In this document: piece by piece, positions 1-9,455 of the stretch
Numbering within the stretch: the stretch's first letter is position 1
Layout: the number at the start of each line of letters is the position of its first letter
IMG/VR virus record: IMGVR_UViG_3300013901_000006
Span: 15,774 to 79,773 of that record
From: a virus
Taxonomy: Duplodnaviria > Heunggongvirae > Uroviricota > Caudoviricetes
Direction: 5' to 3' (one strand)
Length of the DNA: 64,000 nucleotides
Program-made: the position numbers and the translations under genes
The notes under the pieces: model-generated
Seen by the model: the letters and a program-made list of their open reading frames with translations, nothing else
Database searches by the model: none
Told to the model about the DNA's origin: nothing

Positions 1-1432
1 TCGCCGCAGAGATATTACAAAAGAAGATGTTCTTCTTGCGATAAAACAAAATAATTTGAAAGAGCAGCGTAGAATCTCAGATTACTTCTTTAAGACTAGT
101 GGTATTTATTCCAGATTGTGTCGCTATATGGCTTTTCTCTTTAGATATGATTGGTTTATCACGCCAATGATTTATGACGAGAAGCTAAAACAAGAGAGTA
201 AATCAAAAAAGGTAATCGAAGGTTGGTATAAATCAACTCGTTATCTTGAGAATTGCAATCTTAAGAAGGTATTTGGTGAAATAGCTCTTAAAGTTGTGCG
301 GAAAGGTGCATATTATGGCACACTTGTACAGCAGAAAGATGCATGTTTTATCCAAGAGTTACCTATTAACTATTGCCGCAGTCGTTATTATTATAATGGT
401 TCCCCTGCGGTGGAATTTAATATGAAGTATTTCGATGATGCTTTTTCCGACGTTGAGTATCGACTTAGGGTATTAAAGCTCTGGCCCAAGGAAATCCAGA
501 AGGCCTACCTTGCCTACAAGGAAGGGAAGTTACCCAAAGATTTTGCTGGTGACACCAACGGCTGGTTTTTAATTGACCCAGCGACAACTGTTAAATTTAA
601 CATTACTGGCAGTGACGCGCCACTGTTCATGAGTGTTATTCCAAAGTTGCTGGACCTAGAAGATGCTCAGGATTTAGATAAGAAAAAGATGCTTCAGCAG
701 ATATTGAAAATCATTATTCAAAAGATGCCTATCGATAAGAATGGCGATTTGGTTTTTGATGTCCAAGAAGCGCAACAGCTCCATACAAATGCCGTCAACA
801 TGCTTGGCGATGCTGTTGGAGTTGACGTGTTAACAACGTTCGCAGATACAGATGTGGCAGACCTTGCGGACAAGGGTAATGTTTCATCTGTTGACCAGTT
901 GAATAAAGTTGAACGTTCGGTTTATAATGAAGCTGGTACTGGTCAAAATCTATTCAACGCTGACGGCAATCTAGCACTTGAAAAATCAATTGCGAACGAT
1001 GAAGCCACTATGTCTGATTTGATTGCTCAATTCCAGACATTTGCCGAACGTCTGTTGGCACCTTTTAACAAGAACTCAAAGCGGCTATATTATCATGTTG
1101 ATATTCTACCGACAACGGTCTACAATTATAAAGACCTTTCAAAGCAATATAAAGACATGACTTCTCTTGGGTTCTCCAAGCTCTTGCCGCAAGTAGCTCT
1201 TGGTCAGTCTCAGAGCGCTGTCCTTATGACCGCATACTTTGAGAATGATATTATGTCTTTGAATGATGTATTTGTTGCTCCTGCGTTATCTTCAACCAAG
1301 AGTGATGATAATGCTCAATCAAAGACAACGAATAAAAATCCATCTTCCAGTGATAATACTGGTGGCCGTCCCGAGCTTGCGGATGACCAGAAGACGGATA
1401 AGACAATTGCAAATAAAGAAGCTCAAAGCTAA
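1..1432 (+). CDS. Portal protein (5' end lies upstream of the window)
   Basis: The frame is open from position 2 (RRRDITKEDVLLAIKQNNL...) through 1432. It is the first gene before protease/scaffold and capsid, and its size and character fit SPbeta-like portals (inference from synteny). Confidence 0.75.
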   Translation, partial: RRRDITKEDVLLAIKQNNLKEQRRISDYFFKTSGIYSRLCRYMAFLFRYDWFITPMIYDEKLKQESKSKKVIEGWYKSTRYLENCNLKKVFGEIALKVVRKGAYYGTLVQQKDACFIQELPINYCRSRYYYNGSPAVEFNMKYFDDAFSDVEYRLRVLKLWPKEIQKAYLAYKEGKLPKDFAGDTNGWFLIDPATTVKFNITGSDAPLFMSVIPKLLDLEDAQDLDKKKMLQQILKIIIQKMPIDKNGDLVFDVQEAQQLHTNAVNMLGDAVGVDVLTTFADTDVADLADKGNVSSVDQLNKVERSVYNEAGTGQNLFNADGNLALEKSIANDEATMSDLIAQFQTFAERLLAPFNKNSKRLYYHVDILPTTVYNYKDLSKQYKDMTSLGFSKLLPQVALGQSQSAVLMTAYFENDIMSLNDVFVAPALSSTKSDDNAQSKTTNKNPSSSDNTGGRPELADDQKTDKTIANKEAQS

Positions 1433-1454
1433 TGGATAGATGTAAAGGAGGAAG

Positions 1455-2807
1455 ATGCTAAGAAACGAATCTGTTCCTGTAAGTTCTATTGACGGTGTGC
1501 AGTTTGTAGACCTCTCACCATCTGATATTAGCCCCGAGGTTTCTAAATGTGATATTAAAGTCATGTACCTTGGTAAAAACCGCAATGGTTCATATATTGA
1601 CCGTGAGACTGCTCTGAAAATGTCTAAGACACTTAGGGGAGTGCCCGTGGTTGGAGCCTATAAATCTGATATTGAAGATTTTGGTGACCATGGCGAAGTT
1701 ATCCATATTGAAGATGGAGAGATAAAATTCTCTTGTAAAACTGTTCCATACGGTTTTGTTGCCCCTGATGCGGATGTTTGGTTTCAAAAATTTGATGATA
1801 CCAATGAGATGGGGGAAACAACTACTCGTGAATATTTGATGACTACTGGTTATTTGTGGACTGGTCAATACCCTGAAATTATGAAGTGTATTGATGAAGG
1901 TCAGGGTCAATCAATGGAAATTGATGATGTTGATGGTCATTGGACACGAGATAGTAACGATGTAGAATTTTTCATTATTAATGACGCAATTTTTACGAAA
2001 CTTTGCGTTTTGGGCGATGATGTAGAACCTTGTTTTGAGGGCGCATCTGTCACTAGCCCAGAAGTAAGTGAGCATTTTTCTATTGAACAAAATTTCTCAC
2101 ATACTTTATTTGCTATGATGAATGAATTGAAAAATGCGTTTACAAAAGGAGGGTCTATGCCTGTTGAAACTGTTGAAGAAACAGTAGAAGCTCCTGAAGC
2201 ATCTGCCGCAGTTGAAGAAGAAGCTCCTGCGGTCGAAGAGTTTTCAGAAGCCGACAACGGTAACGAAGACTCCGCTAGCGAAGAATTTGCCGAAAAAGAC
2301 AAAAAAGATGAAGATGAATCAGATGATAAGGCTGATGATTCTGATTCTAATGGTGATTCCGCAGAGGATAAATCAGATGATGATTCTAAAGATGATTCAG
2401 ATGACAAATCCGATAAAGAGCCTGAAAAGAAACACGCTCTTGAAGACAAGATTGATGAACTCACCAATAGTCTAAGTGAACTTAATGAGAAGTTTGCGGC
2501 TCTAGAGCAAGAAGCAAAAGAACTTCGTGAATTCAAAGCCGAGCGTATTAACGCCGACAAAGACGCTATGATTGCTAAATATCATATGCTTTCTGATGAA
2601 GATAAAGCGGATATTGTTGCCAATAAAGATAAATTTACTCTCAGTGAGATTGAATCCAAACTCGCTTTGCTATACGTTAAGAAGAATGTTGATTTTGATG
2701 AGGAAGAAACTGAAACAGAACCTCTCACAACTTTTTCTTTAAATGATGATATTGCGGATGATGCTGACCCTATGCTAGTTGCTCTCCGCGAAGCACAGAA
2801 TTATTAA
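1455..2807 (+). CDS. Prohead protease / scaffold fusion
   Basis: N-terminal globular domain (GKNRNGSYI...GQSME..., LCVLG.DVEPCFEGA) followed by a very acidic, coiled-coil C-terminal half. It lies between portal and capsid genes. Confidence 0.75.
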   Translation: MLRNESVPVSSIDGVQFVDLSPSDISPEVSKCDIKVMYLGKNRNGSYIDRETALKMSKTLRGVPVVGAYKSDIEDFGDHGEVIHIEDGEIKFSCKTVPYGFVAPDADVWFQKFDDTNEMGETTTREYLMTTGYLWTGQYPEIMKCIDEGQGQSMEIDDVDGHWTRDSNDVEFFIINDAIFTKLCVLGDDVEPCFEGASVTSPEVSEHFSIEQNFSHTLFAMMNELKNAFTKGGSMPVETVEETVEAPEASAAVEEEAPAVEEFSEADNGNEDSASEEFAEKDKKDEDESDDKADDSDSNGDSAEDKSDDDSKDDSDDKSDKEPEKKHALEDKIDELTNSLSELNEKFAALEQEAKELREFKAERINADKDAMIAKYHMLSDEDKADIVANKDKFTLSEIESKLALLYVKKNVDFDEEETETEPLTTFSLNDDIADDADPMLVALREAQNY

Positions 2808-2823
2808 TAGGAGGAATAAACTA

Positions 2824-3342
2824 ATGCATGTAGATAAAACTGCTGCTGAGGTTCAACTAACTGGTCACTCAAATTTTGCGGTTGTTGAACCTAACCACCT
2901 CTCTGCTCCCCGCAGTGGTGGCGTTTATGGTCAGCTTCCCGCTGCCGATGAAATTGAAATTCTCGAACAGGGCACTTTCGTCAAGTACGACTATGCCAAG
3001 GGTGAAGTTAACTTCACTGGCAAAGGTCCTTGGATGATGGTCTTCAACGAGGAAAAACTTTATGACGAGCGCAAGCAGATGCATCGTGATTATGCTATGC
3101 AGAAGTCTGATTTCTATGATGGCGTCATGACTCCTCGCGTTTTCCGCATGTATGCTGGTGACGTTTTCACTACAAACAATGTTAAGGCTGGCGATTATGC
3201 CGAGGGTGATATTCTTGCCCCTGGTACCGATGGTATCCTTGCCAAGAACGAACAGCCCGAAGGTCTTGCTGTTCAGGTTGCTAAGTGCTATACAATGCCT
3301 GATGGTCAGCCCGGTCTAAAACTACAAGTTATTGCTGAATAA
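2824..3342 (+). CDS. Capsid decoration/stabilisation protein
   Basis: AGGAGG SD before ATG 2824; 172 aa; lies directly before the major capsid gene; high-expression-like codon usage. Confidence 0.55.
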   Translation: MHVDKTAAEVQLTGHSNFAVVEPNHLSAPRSGGVYGQLPAADEIEILEQGTFVKYDYAKGEVNFTGKGPWMMVFNEEKLYDERKQMHRDYAMQKSDFYDGVMTPRVFRMYAGDVFTTNNVKAGDYAEGDILAPGTDGILAKNEQPEGLAVQVAKCYTMPDGQPGLKLQVIAE

Positions 3343-3360
3343 GAAAGGAGTATGTAGATA

Positions 3361-4407
3361 ATGGAACTTATGAAATTTGACGAACTTAAAAAGCTCGCTC
3401 GTGCTGCTTCACACAATACTCCCCTTACTTTTTCAGTAAATGGTAATGAAGAGTCTTTTGACGCAGACACCGTTAACCGCACTCTTCGTGAACAGTTCAA
3501 TCTACTCGCTGGCGATTATAAACTTTTCCGCCGCAACAAGACTGCTGTCTTCGAACTCATTGAGAACACCATTGACGAGATTCTTCCTGTAAAGGTTATG
3601 TCTCAGTTTGAGCAGTTTGCTGATGTTCAGTCTATTGCTCAGGGTGATAAGGCTATCTATAAACTTCGTATTACAGAAGCTGCCCGCAAACGTGCTAAGG
3701 CTTTCGTTACCCGCGTTGGTCTTGCTGGTCGTTACGAAACAATGATGCTTGATGGTAAGGAACTTGAAGTTGCTACCAGCGCTATCGGTTATGCTGTCCG
3801 CATCGGTTTCGAGGAATTCCTTGATGGTCGTTATTCCTTCGCTGATTTTACTGACATCATGCTCGAAGGTATGGATGAATTCATCTATGACGAAATTCTT
3901 AAGGCTCTCTCCAATGCTGTTGCCCAGCTTCCTGTAGCCAATAAGTACACTGGCGCTGGTTTCGATGAAACTAAGATGGATGAACTACTCGCTATTTCCG
4001 ATTCTTATGGTAATGGCACTTCTACCATCTATTGCACCCGTGAATTCGCTGCTACCATGAAGCCTGCTTCTGCCGATTGGGCGTCTGATTCCATGAAGGA
4101 AGAGCTTTTCCGCAAGGGTTACTTCACCGACTATAAGGGCCACCCTGTAATCATCCTACAGCAGTCCATGGTTGATGAAACCAACACTGAAAAGGTTGTT
4201 GACCCCTCTCAGGCTTACATTTTCGCTTCTGTTGGCGAAAAGCCTGTCAAGATTGTTTTCGAAGGCCAGACTGCCGTTCGTACAACTTCTGAGAATGACG
4301 ATTGGTCAACCGACCTCCAAACTTACAAGAAGTTTGGCGTTGCTGTATTCTCTAATCCTTCTATCTGCTCTTATCAGAATACTGCACTAAAAAAAGCAAC
4401 TCGCTAG
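3361..4407 (+). CDS. Major capsid protein
   Basis: 348 aa; AAGGAG SD; strongly biased codons; position after scaffold and decoration genes. Confidence 0.8.
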   Translation: MELMKFDELKKLARAASHNTPLTFSVNGNEESFDADTVNRTLREQFNLLAGDYKLFRRNKTAVFELIENTIDEILPVKVMSQFEQFADVQSIAQGDKAIYKLRITEAARKRAKAFVTRVGLAGRYETMMLDGKELEVATSAIGYAVRIGFEEFLDGRYSFADFTDIMLEGMDEFIYDEILKALSNAVAQLPVANKYTGAGFDETKMDELLAISDSYGNGTSTIYCTREFAATMKPASADWASDSMKEELFRKGYFTDYKGHPVIILQQSMVDETNTEKVVDPSQAYIFASVGEKPVKIVFEGQTAVRTTSENDDWSTDLQTYKKFGVAVFSNPSICSYQNTALKKATR

Positions 4408-5315
4408 ACCCAGTGATTCCTCCTACTCCCGACCCAAAGCCGGATAAGGATGTTGTAGATGTTGATAAATATGATAGCGTAGCAGACGCTATTGCCGCAG
4501 TACCAGCAGGTGGTACTCTTAAGTTCACTGCTGGTTCTGCCCCAGTTGCCGAAGAATTAACCTTCGATAAGGCTATGAAGATTGCGGCCAATGGTGTTGA
4601 ATTCCAGAAGCCTATTGTGGTTTCCAATGCTGATGTTTCAGTTGATGGTGCGACATTTAATGTACAAGGCGCAAATTCAAAAGATGCTACCCCAGCTGTT
4701 AAAGTAGTTGGCTCTCAGCCTTTTGAACTCTCCAATAGCGTTGTCAAGGGCACTAGCCGCAATCCCATTTTAGTCAAGACTTCTGGCGAAGTTAAGATTT
4801 GCGGCAATAAGTTCGATGGTGCTGGTAATTTCTATAACGTCATTGAGTTTAGCATTTCCAACGATGAAGACGTTACACGTGCTGAAATCTCAGATAACGT
4901 CTTTACAGGTATGACTAACAATTGCATCAGCCTTTATAACATGGCTGATGGTGCTGTCGTTGATGTAAAGAACAACAAGTTTGAGAACATCAGTGTTAAT
5001 GTCAATCCAATGCGTCTCAGCAATCCTAAGAATGTTAATGCCACATTCAATGTTGAGAACAATACTTATACATTCAACAGTGAAACGCCCAATGCGGATG
5101 GTTACACTGCTTTCCTACTTTGCCAAGACTACAATAAATCTGGTAAGCGTCAGGAATTCTCTCAGTATACTGTTAATTTCGTCAATCTTAAACGTGGCGA
5201 CAAGCATCTTACTGAGCAAGGTGAAGGTCTTGATAAGGTCTATTACACTTACTCTGACCGCACAAATGGCATTCTTAATGCAGGAACTAACGACCCAACT
5301 GTTAGTTTCAAATAA
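4395..5315 (+). CDS. C-terminal extension of the major capsid protein via probable -1 frameshift (Pro-rich linker + beta-helix-like domain)
   Basis: A7 at 4389-4395 (CTA AAA AAA GCA). The -1 frame is open from 4395 into ORF 4413..5315, which has no SD. It begins DPVIPPTPDPKPD and continues with an Asn/Val-rich repetitive beta-helix-like sequence. Confidence 0.65.
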   Translation, partial: SNSLDPVIPPTPDPKPDKDVVDVDKYDSVADAIAAVPAGGTLKFTAGSAPVAEELTFDKAMKIAANGVEFQKPIVVSNADVSVDGATFNVQGANSKDATPAVKVVGSQPFELSNSVVKGTSRNPILVKTSGEVKICGNKFDGAGNFYNVIEFSISNDEDVTRAEISDNVFTGMTNNCISLYNMADGAVVDVKNNKFENISVNVNPMRLSNPKNVNATFNVENNTYTFNSETPNADGYTAFLLCQDYNKSGKRQEFSQYTVNFVNLKRGDKHLTEQGEGLDKVYYTYSDRTNGILNAGTNDPTVSFK

Positions 5316-5326
5316 TTTAACTTATG

Positions 5327-5355
5327 GAAGGGACGTGAAAGCGTCCCTTCTTTTT
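5327..5355 (+). terminator. Rho-independent terminator
   Basis: GAAGGGACG/CGTCCCTTC stem followed by T5. Confidence 0.8.
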
Positions 5356-5383
5356 ATAACGATTTAAAAGGAGAAAATAAAAT

Positions 5384-5950
5384 ATGTCAAATGAAGTAGA
5401 ACTTATCAGTGATGATACATTAGTCCCTATTCGTTGCCTAGGAGATACAGATACAGGTTATATTCTTTCAACTTCTGGCCGCTCTCGCCGTCTTGTACAG
5501 GGCGTTACCATGAAAGTCAAGGCCAGTGAACTTCGAGAGCTGTATTTTCAACCGGGTGGCGCAGTTCTTATCCAAAATTACATTCATGTTGGAAATAAAC
5601 AGCTTGCACTAGAGCTTGGTGTTCCAGAAGATTCTTATGACCATGAATATAGCTGGACTGCCGCAGACGTTGCAAAATGTTTGACAGAAGATAATATCGA
5701 TGTACTATTGGATGCACTTGATTATGCGCCATATGGTATCGTAGATTTTCTAAAGGATAAGGCTATTGAGCTTGAAATCCCAGATAATAGTAAGATTCAA
5801 GCTATTACAAAAAAGACTGGTGTTGATATTGCTGCCGCTATCCGCAATAAACACGCTTATGATAATCCAGATAGTGATAGCAATGTTTCAGCCCCAAGTG
5901 GGCGTCGAGCTGAAAAAACTACAGTTACACGTACACGCCGCGTGCGTTAA
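5384..5950 (+). CDS. Hypothetical head-associated protein
   Basis: 188-aa ORF with SD, between capsid and head-tail genes. Confidence 0.5.
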   Translation: MSNEVELISDDTLVPIRCLGDTDTGYILSTSGRSRRLVQGVTMKVKASELRELYFQPGGAVLIQNYIHVGNKQLALELGVPEDSYDHEYSWTAADVAKCLTEDNIDVLLDALDYAPYGIVDFLKDKAIELEIPDNSKIQAITKKTGVDIAAAIRNKHAYDNPDSDSNVSAPSGRRAEKTTVTRTRRVR

Positions 5951-5970
5951 ACCAATAGGAGGGATGTTAC

Positions 5971-6489
5971 ATGACGGAAAATGTAGATGATATTGATAAA
6001 GATATGGAAGTGACACCTCCTACTTCTTTCCAAGAGATGTATGAATTCTTTTTAGCTGGTATTACGGATGACATGTTCATGGAACTTACCAAGGAGGATA
6101 CCGAACAACTACTAGAAGAAATTCTGATTGCGGCGGTTCCTAAGTTTGAATTTCCGCATTGGCAGCATCCCTTTCATCTTGATTATGAAAACAAGTGCTT
6201 CAGTACTCATTTAACCGTAGAGGAAATGACCATTATTCGCTATTATATGATTGCGGAATGGATTTCATATCAACTTGCCACTGTAGATTTAATTCGTCAG
6301 AAATATTCTTCCAGCGATTTCAGTTTTACTTCTCAGGCAAATCATATGAAAGTGCTAATTACTATGAAACAAGAGTATGAGCAGAAGGCTTTTCACGCAC
6401 AGCGGGTGTATAGTCGCAGATATGAAGATAAGAAGGGCAATATTCGTTCTTCTTTTGGAATGATTATGGAGCCTGTCAAATGGCACTAA
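5971..6489 (+). CDS. Putative head-tail adaptor
   Basis: 172-aa helical protein at the usual connector position (synteny inference). Confidence 0.45.
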   Translation: MTENVDDIDKDMEVTPPTSFQEMYEFFLAGITDDMFMELTKEDTEQLLEEILIAAVPKFEFPHWQHPFHLDYENKCFSTHLTVEEMTIIRYYMIAEWISYQLATVDLIRQKYSSSDFSFTSQANHMKVLITMKQEYEQKAFHAQRVYSRRYEDKKGNIRSSFGMIMEPVKWH

Positions 6490-6800
6490 TGGTTGTTGAT
6501 GATAGAATCCTAGACTATCAAGTGGAGGATGTGAAGAGTAGTCTAGGCCGCATCACGAACCAAATCTTCAAACTTCTTCCAACATTTGAAGATGGCAAGA
6601 ATTGGATTAAGCCATTGGATACTTTGGTTATTGAATTGACTGGCATGGCTTTGATTACTCCAAATGTACCAAAATTATATCAGTTGATTTATAAACTTCA
6701 AGGTATTAAGCAGCAAGGCGAAGATATTGATTTTATGCTATATCGCCGCATGATTTTTGAAGCATGTAATATTGCAAATGATGTTAAGGAGAGCCTATGA
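6480..6800 (+). CDS. Hypothetical protein
   Basis: 106-aa ORF overlapping both neighbours. Confidence 0.5.
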   Translation: MALMVVDDRILDYQVEDVKSSLGRITNQIFKLLPTFEDGKNWIKPLDTLVIELTGMALITPNVPKLYQLIYKLQGIKQQGEDIDFMLYRRMIFEACNIANDVKESL

Positions 6801-7930
6801 GTGTAAAGACATTAGGCGCTAGGCTTCAATATCTAGGAGGGAATCAACAGGGCCGTATCGATAAAGCAAAATTAGAATCTTTTCGATGGGCATTAAAAAA
6901 TTCTTATAACATGCGGAAAATTAAAGTTGGTAATTCCGTTTGGCCTTGTTTAATTAATCAAATGTCAGGTGGCAGAAAAGCTGATTATAACAAGGAGTAT
7001 TTATCTGTAGAGTTTGATTCTGGGTTAGAGCCGGGAGATACTTTTGAAATACTGGATAACGGGTCACATTGGATGGTCTATTTGCCTGTCGTTACTCAAA
7101 CCGCTTATTTGTATACAGAAATAATCGAATGCCGGTACCAATTAGAGGTCAATGGGCAGTCATATTGGATATACGGCCAAGGACCCGTAGAAACAGACCT
7201 TAGATGGTTCATTAAGAGTAACGTTAATGTGAATGAATTGAATCTTTCTGGGACTATATATATAAAAAATGATGAAAATACACGTAATTATTTTAAACGT
7301 TTTACACATATTAAATTTGCGGGGCACACTTGGGAAGTCCAGACTACAGATTCTATTACAGTTCCAGGCATCTTAGAACTTGAAATCCAAGAATACTATG
7401 ATAATAGTGTTGCAGAGCTTCCCAGTATTATCAAAGATGAAACCACCCCAATTAATATTATCAGCGGTAAAACAACCGCCAAGCAAGATACAATTGTTGG
7501 CTATGCAATTTCAAATGAAGCGTATGACCCTAAAATTCATTGGGAAGTAAAGAATAATCCAAGAGTAAAGATTCAAGAAGAATATGAAGATGGCCGCATG
7601 TGTAAGGTTAAAGTATATGCGGGCGCTATCCGTACTTTTGATATTTGCTATGGTGATTTTTCACAAACGGTTACCATTGAATGGCAGAAGCCGATTATAC
7701 AAGGGCCGCAAGAAGTTTACCCTTATGACTCTCATACCTATTGGATAAAGAATCTACCAGAAGGTACAAAAGTTGAATTTTCAATTGAAGGAGATACCGC
7801 AGAGATTATTGAATCTAATTTTGATTCATGTAAGGTTGATATTACTTCTGGCAAAAAGGGTAAATTCGTGTTACATGCGGCATATGATGATATAAAAACT
7901 GAATTACCTGTAACTATTAAATCACTTTAG
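6797..7930 (+). CDS. Putative head-closure/neck protein with C-terminal Ig-like domains
   Basis: 377 aa, ATGA overlap, beta-rich C-terminal half. Confidence 0.45.
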   Translation: MSVKTLGARLQYLGGNQQGRIDKAKLESFRWALKNSYNMRKIKVGNSVWPCLINQMSGGRKADYNKEYLSVEFDSGLEPGDTFEILDNGSHWMVYLPVVTQTAYLYTEIIECRYQLEVNGQSYWIYGQGPVETDLRWFIKSNVNVNELNLSGTIYIKNDENTRNYFKRFTHIKFAGHTWEVQTTDSITVPGILELEIQEYYDNSVAELPSIIKDETTPINIISGKTTAKQDTIVGYAISNEAYDPKIHWEVKNNPRVKIQEEYEDGRMCKVKVYAGAIRTFDICYGDFSQTVTIEWQKPIIQGPQEVYPYDSHTYWIKNLPEGTKVEFSIEGDTAEIIESNFDSCKVDITSGKKGKFVLHAAYDDIKTELPVTIKSL

Positions 7931-7945
7931 GATTGGAGGTTATAT

Positions 7946-8557
7946 ATGAAACACGTTGCTTCTAATATCCTAAGAACAAACTATAAATCTACTTTTCTAT
8001 CTCACGCTAAAGACCAAGAGACGATTTGGCGCAAGTTATTTGTTGAAAGTAGACCATATAGTGATATGTTGAAAAAGTTGTTGATTATTAATACGTCTGA
8101 TTGTTTAGATAAAACGCAAGAACAATATCAACGTACCATTGAAAAATATACTATTAAAGATTTGCGAGATGCGCAATATATTAAAGCTACCCCTAAACTT
8201 TCTTTTGGCGAACACGAAGAAGTCAAATCTTATATTATGCTTGAATTTGACGATTTTACTCCTTCTACTAATCCGAGGTATCGCAATTGCACTGTAAGTT
8301 TTACCATAATTTCTCAACTTGATTATTGGGAGATGGATGATTATCAATTACGTCCATGGATGATTGCTGGCTATATTGATGGTATTATGAATGAAGAACG
8401 ACTTTCTGGTATAGGTACTTTACAGTTTATGGGTGCGACCCAAGTTATTTTAAATGAATATCTTGGCGGTGTTATGTTGCGGTATCAAGCCACTCATTCA
8501 GAAGCCGATGATTCAGAGAATATTGATAATACAAAACCTGCGCCGCAAGATTTGTAG
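7946..8557 (+). CDS. Putative tail terminator/completion protein
   Basis: 203 aa, GGAGG SD, located before the major tail gene. Confidence 0.4.
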   Translation: MKHVASNILRTNYKSTFLSHAKDQETIWRKLFVESRPYSDMLKKLLIINTSDCLDKTQEQYQRTIEKYTIKDLRDAQYIKATPKLSFGEHEEVKSYIMLEFDDFTPSTNPRYRNCTVSFTIISQLDYWEMDDYQLRPWMIAGYIDGIMNEERLSGIGTLQFMGATQVILNEYLGGVMLRYQATHSEADDSENIDNTKPAPQDL

Positions 8558-8563
8558 GTACTC

Positions 8564-9337
8564 ATGGCAGAGATACAAGGAGATTTAAGTAAATATTTGG
8601 CTGGTTTGCCAGTGATGGTTGAGGGAGCAAATATCGCTATCTCTCAGCCATCCATTAAAGATATTTGTGCTTATGGCGAAGATGATTTTTTAATGGCTGT
8701 TGAGTTTTTCGTTAAGTCTAAAGAGATTGCGGAAAAATTTAAAAATGAGGGCAAAAGTCAATTAGAATACTTGAATGATTTTCAAGTATTATTAGTTATT
8801 ATCCAACACGATGATACTTCGAGAGAACAAATAAATAACTTCTTCGGTATCATCTTTCCAAATTATCTATGTGAATTTGATAATGGATGTATCAATTTTA
8901 GAATGAAAGAGAATGAGCCGATTGTTGGTCAGCTAAATCCAATGAACTTTAATAATTTTAAGCAGACTATTCGTGAGCTTTTTCTTCCAATAGGTGTAGA
9001 AGGTGAAGAGCAGGAATTTAATCCTGTTAACGATAGAGCGGCGGAGATTGCCGCAAAGTTGGAGAAAGGCCGCAGACAACGTGCTGCTTTAAAACAAGAT
9101 GAAAAAGGAAAAGGACCTCAGAGCATTTTTGCTAATTATGCTTCTATTCTTTCTATTGGGCTAAATATTGATATTAATGTTATTTTTTCATATACTGCAT
9201 TTCAATTATTTGATAGCTTTAGACGGTATACAACTAAACTATCTTATGATTTGTATCAAAAGATTGCTACAACCCCTATGATGGATGTTAGCAAGATGGA
9301 TGAACCTGCTAATTGGATGGATAATATCTATAAATAA
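8564..9337 (+). CDS. Hypothetical tail-associated protein
   Basis: 257-aa ORF within the structural operon. Confidence 0.5.
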   Translation: MAEIQGDLSKYLAGLPVMVEGANIAISQPSIKDICAYGEDDFLMAVEFFVKSKEIAEKFKNEGKSQLEYLNDFQVLLVIIQHDDTSREQINNFFGIIFPNYLCEFDNGCINFRMKENEPIVGQLNPMNFNNFKQTIRELFLPIGVEGEEQEFNPVNDRAAEIAAKLEKGRRQRAALKQDEKGKGPQSIFANYASILSIGLNIDINVIFSYTAFQLFDSFRRYTTKLSYDLYQKIATTPMMDVSKMDEPANWMDNIYK

Positions 9338-9455
9338 AAGATTATAATCAGTGCTTTTGTTGGTACTGTTTATATATTAGATACGAGAACAAGCGCGTTA
9401 CGTTCTTGTAACTAAGGAAAATGTATACAATTTCTATCAAAAGGAGAAAACATTT

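Noticed and set aside
7928-8566. In-frame TAG readthrough fusions (6797-7946 and 7946-8564)
   Set aside because: The downstream genes have their own SD-like sequences (GGAGG, AGGT), so the in-frame arrangement is plausibly coincidental.
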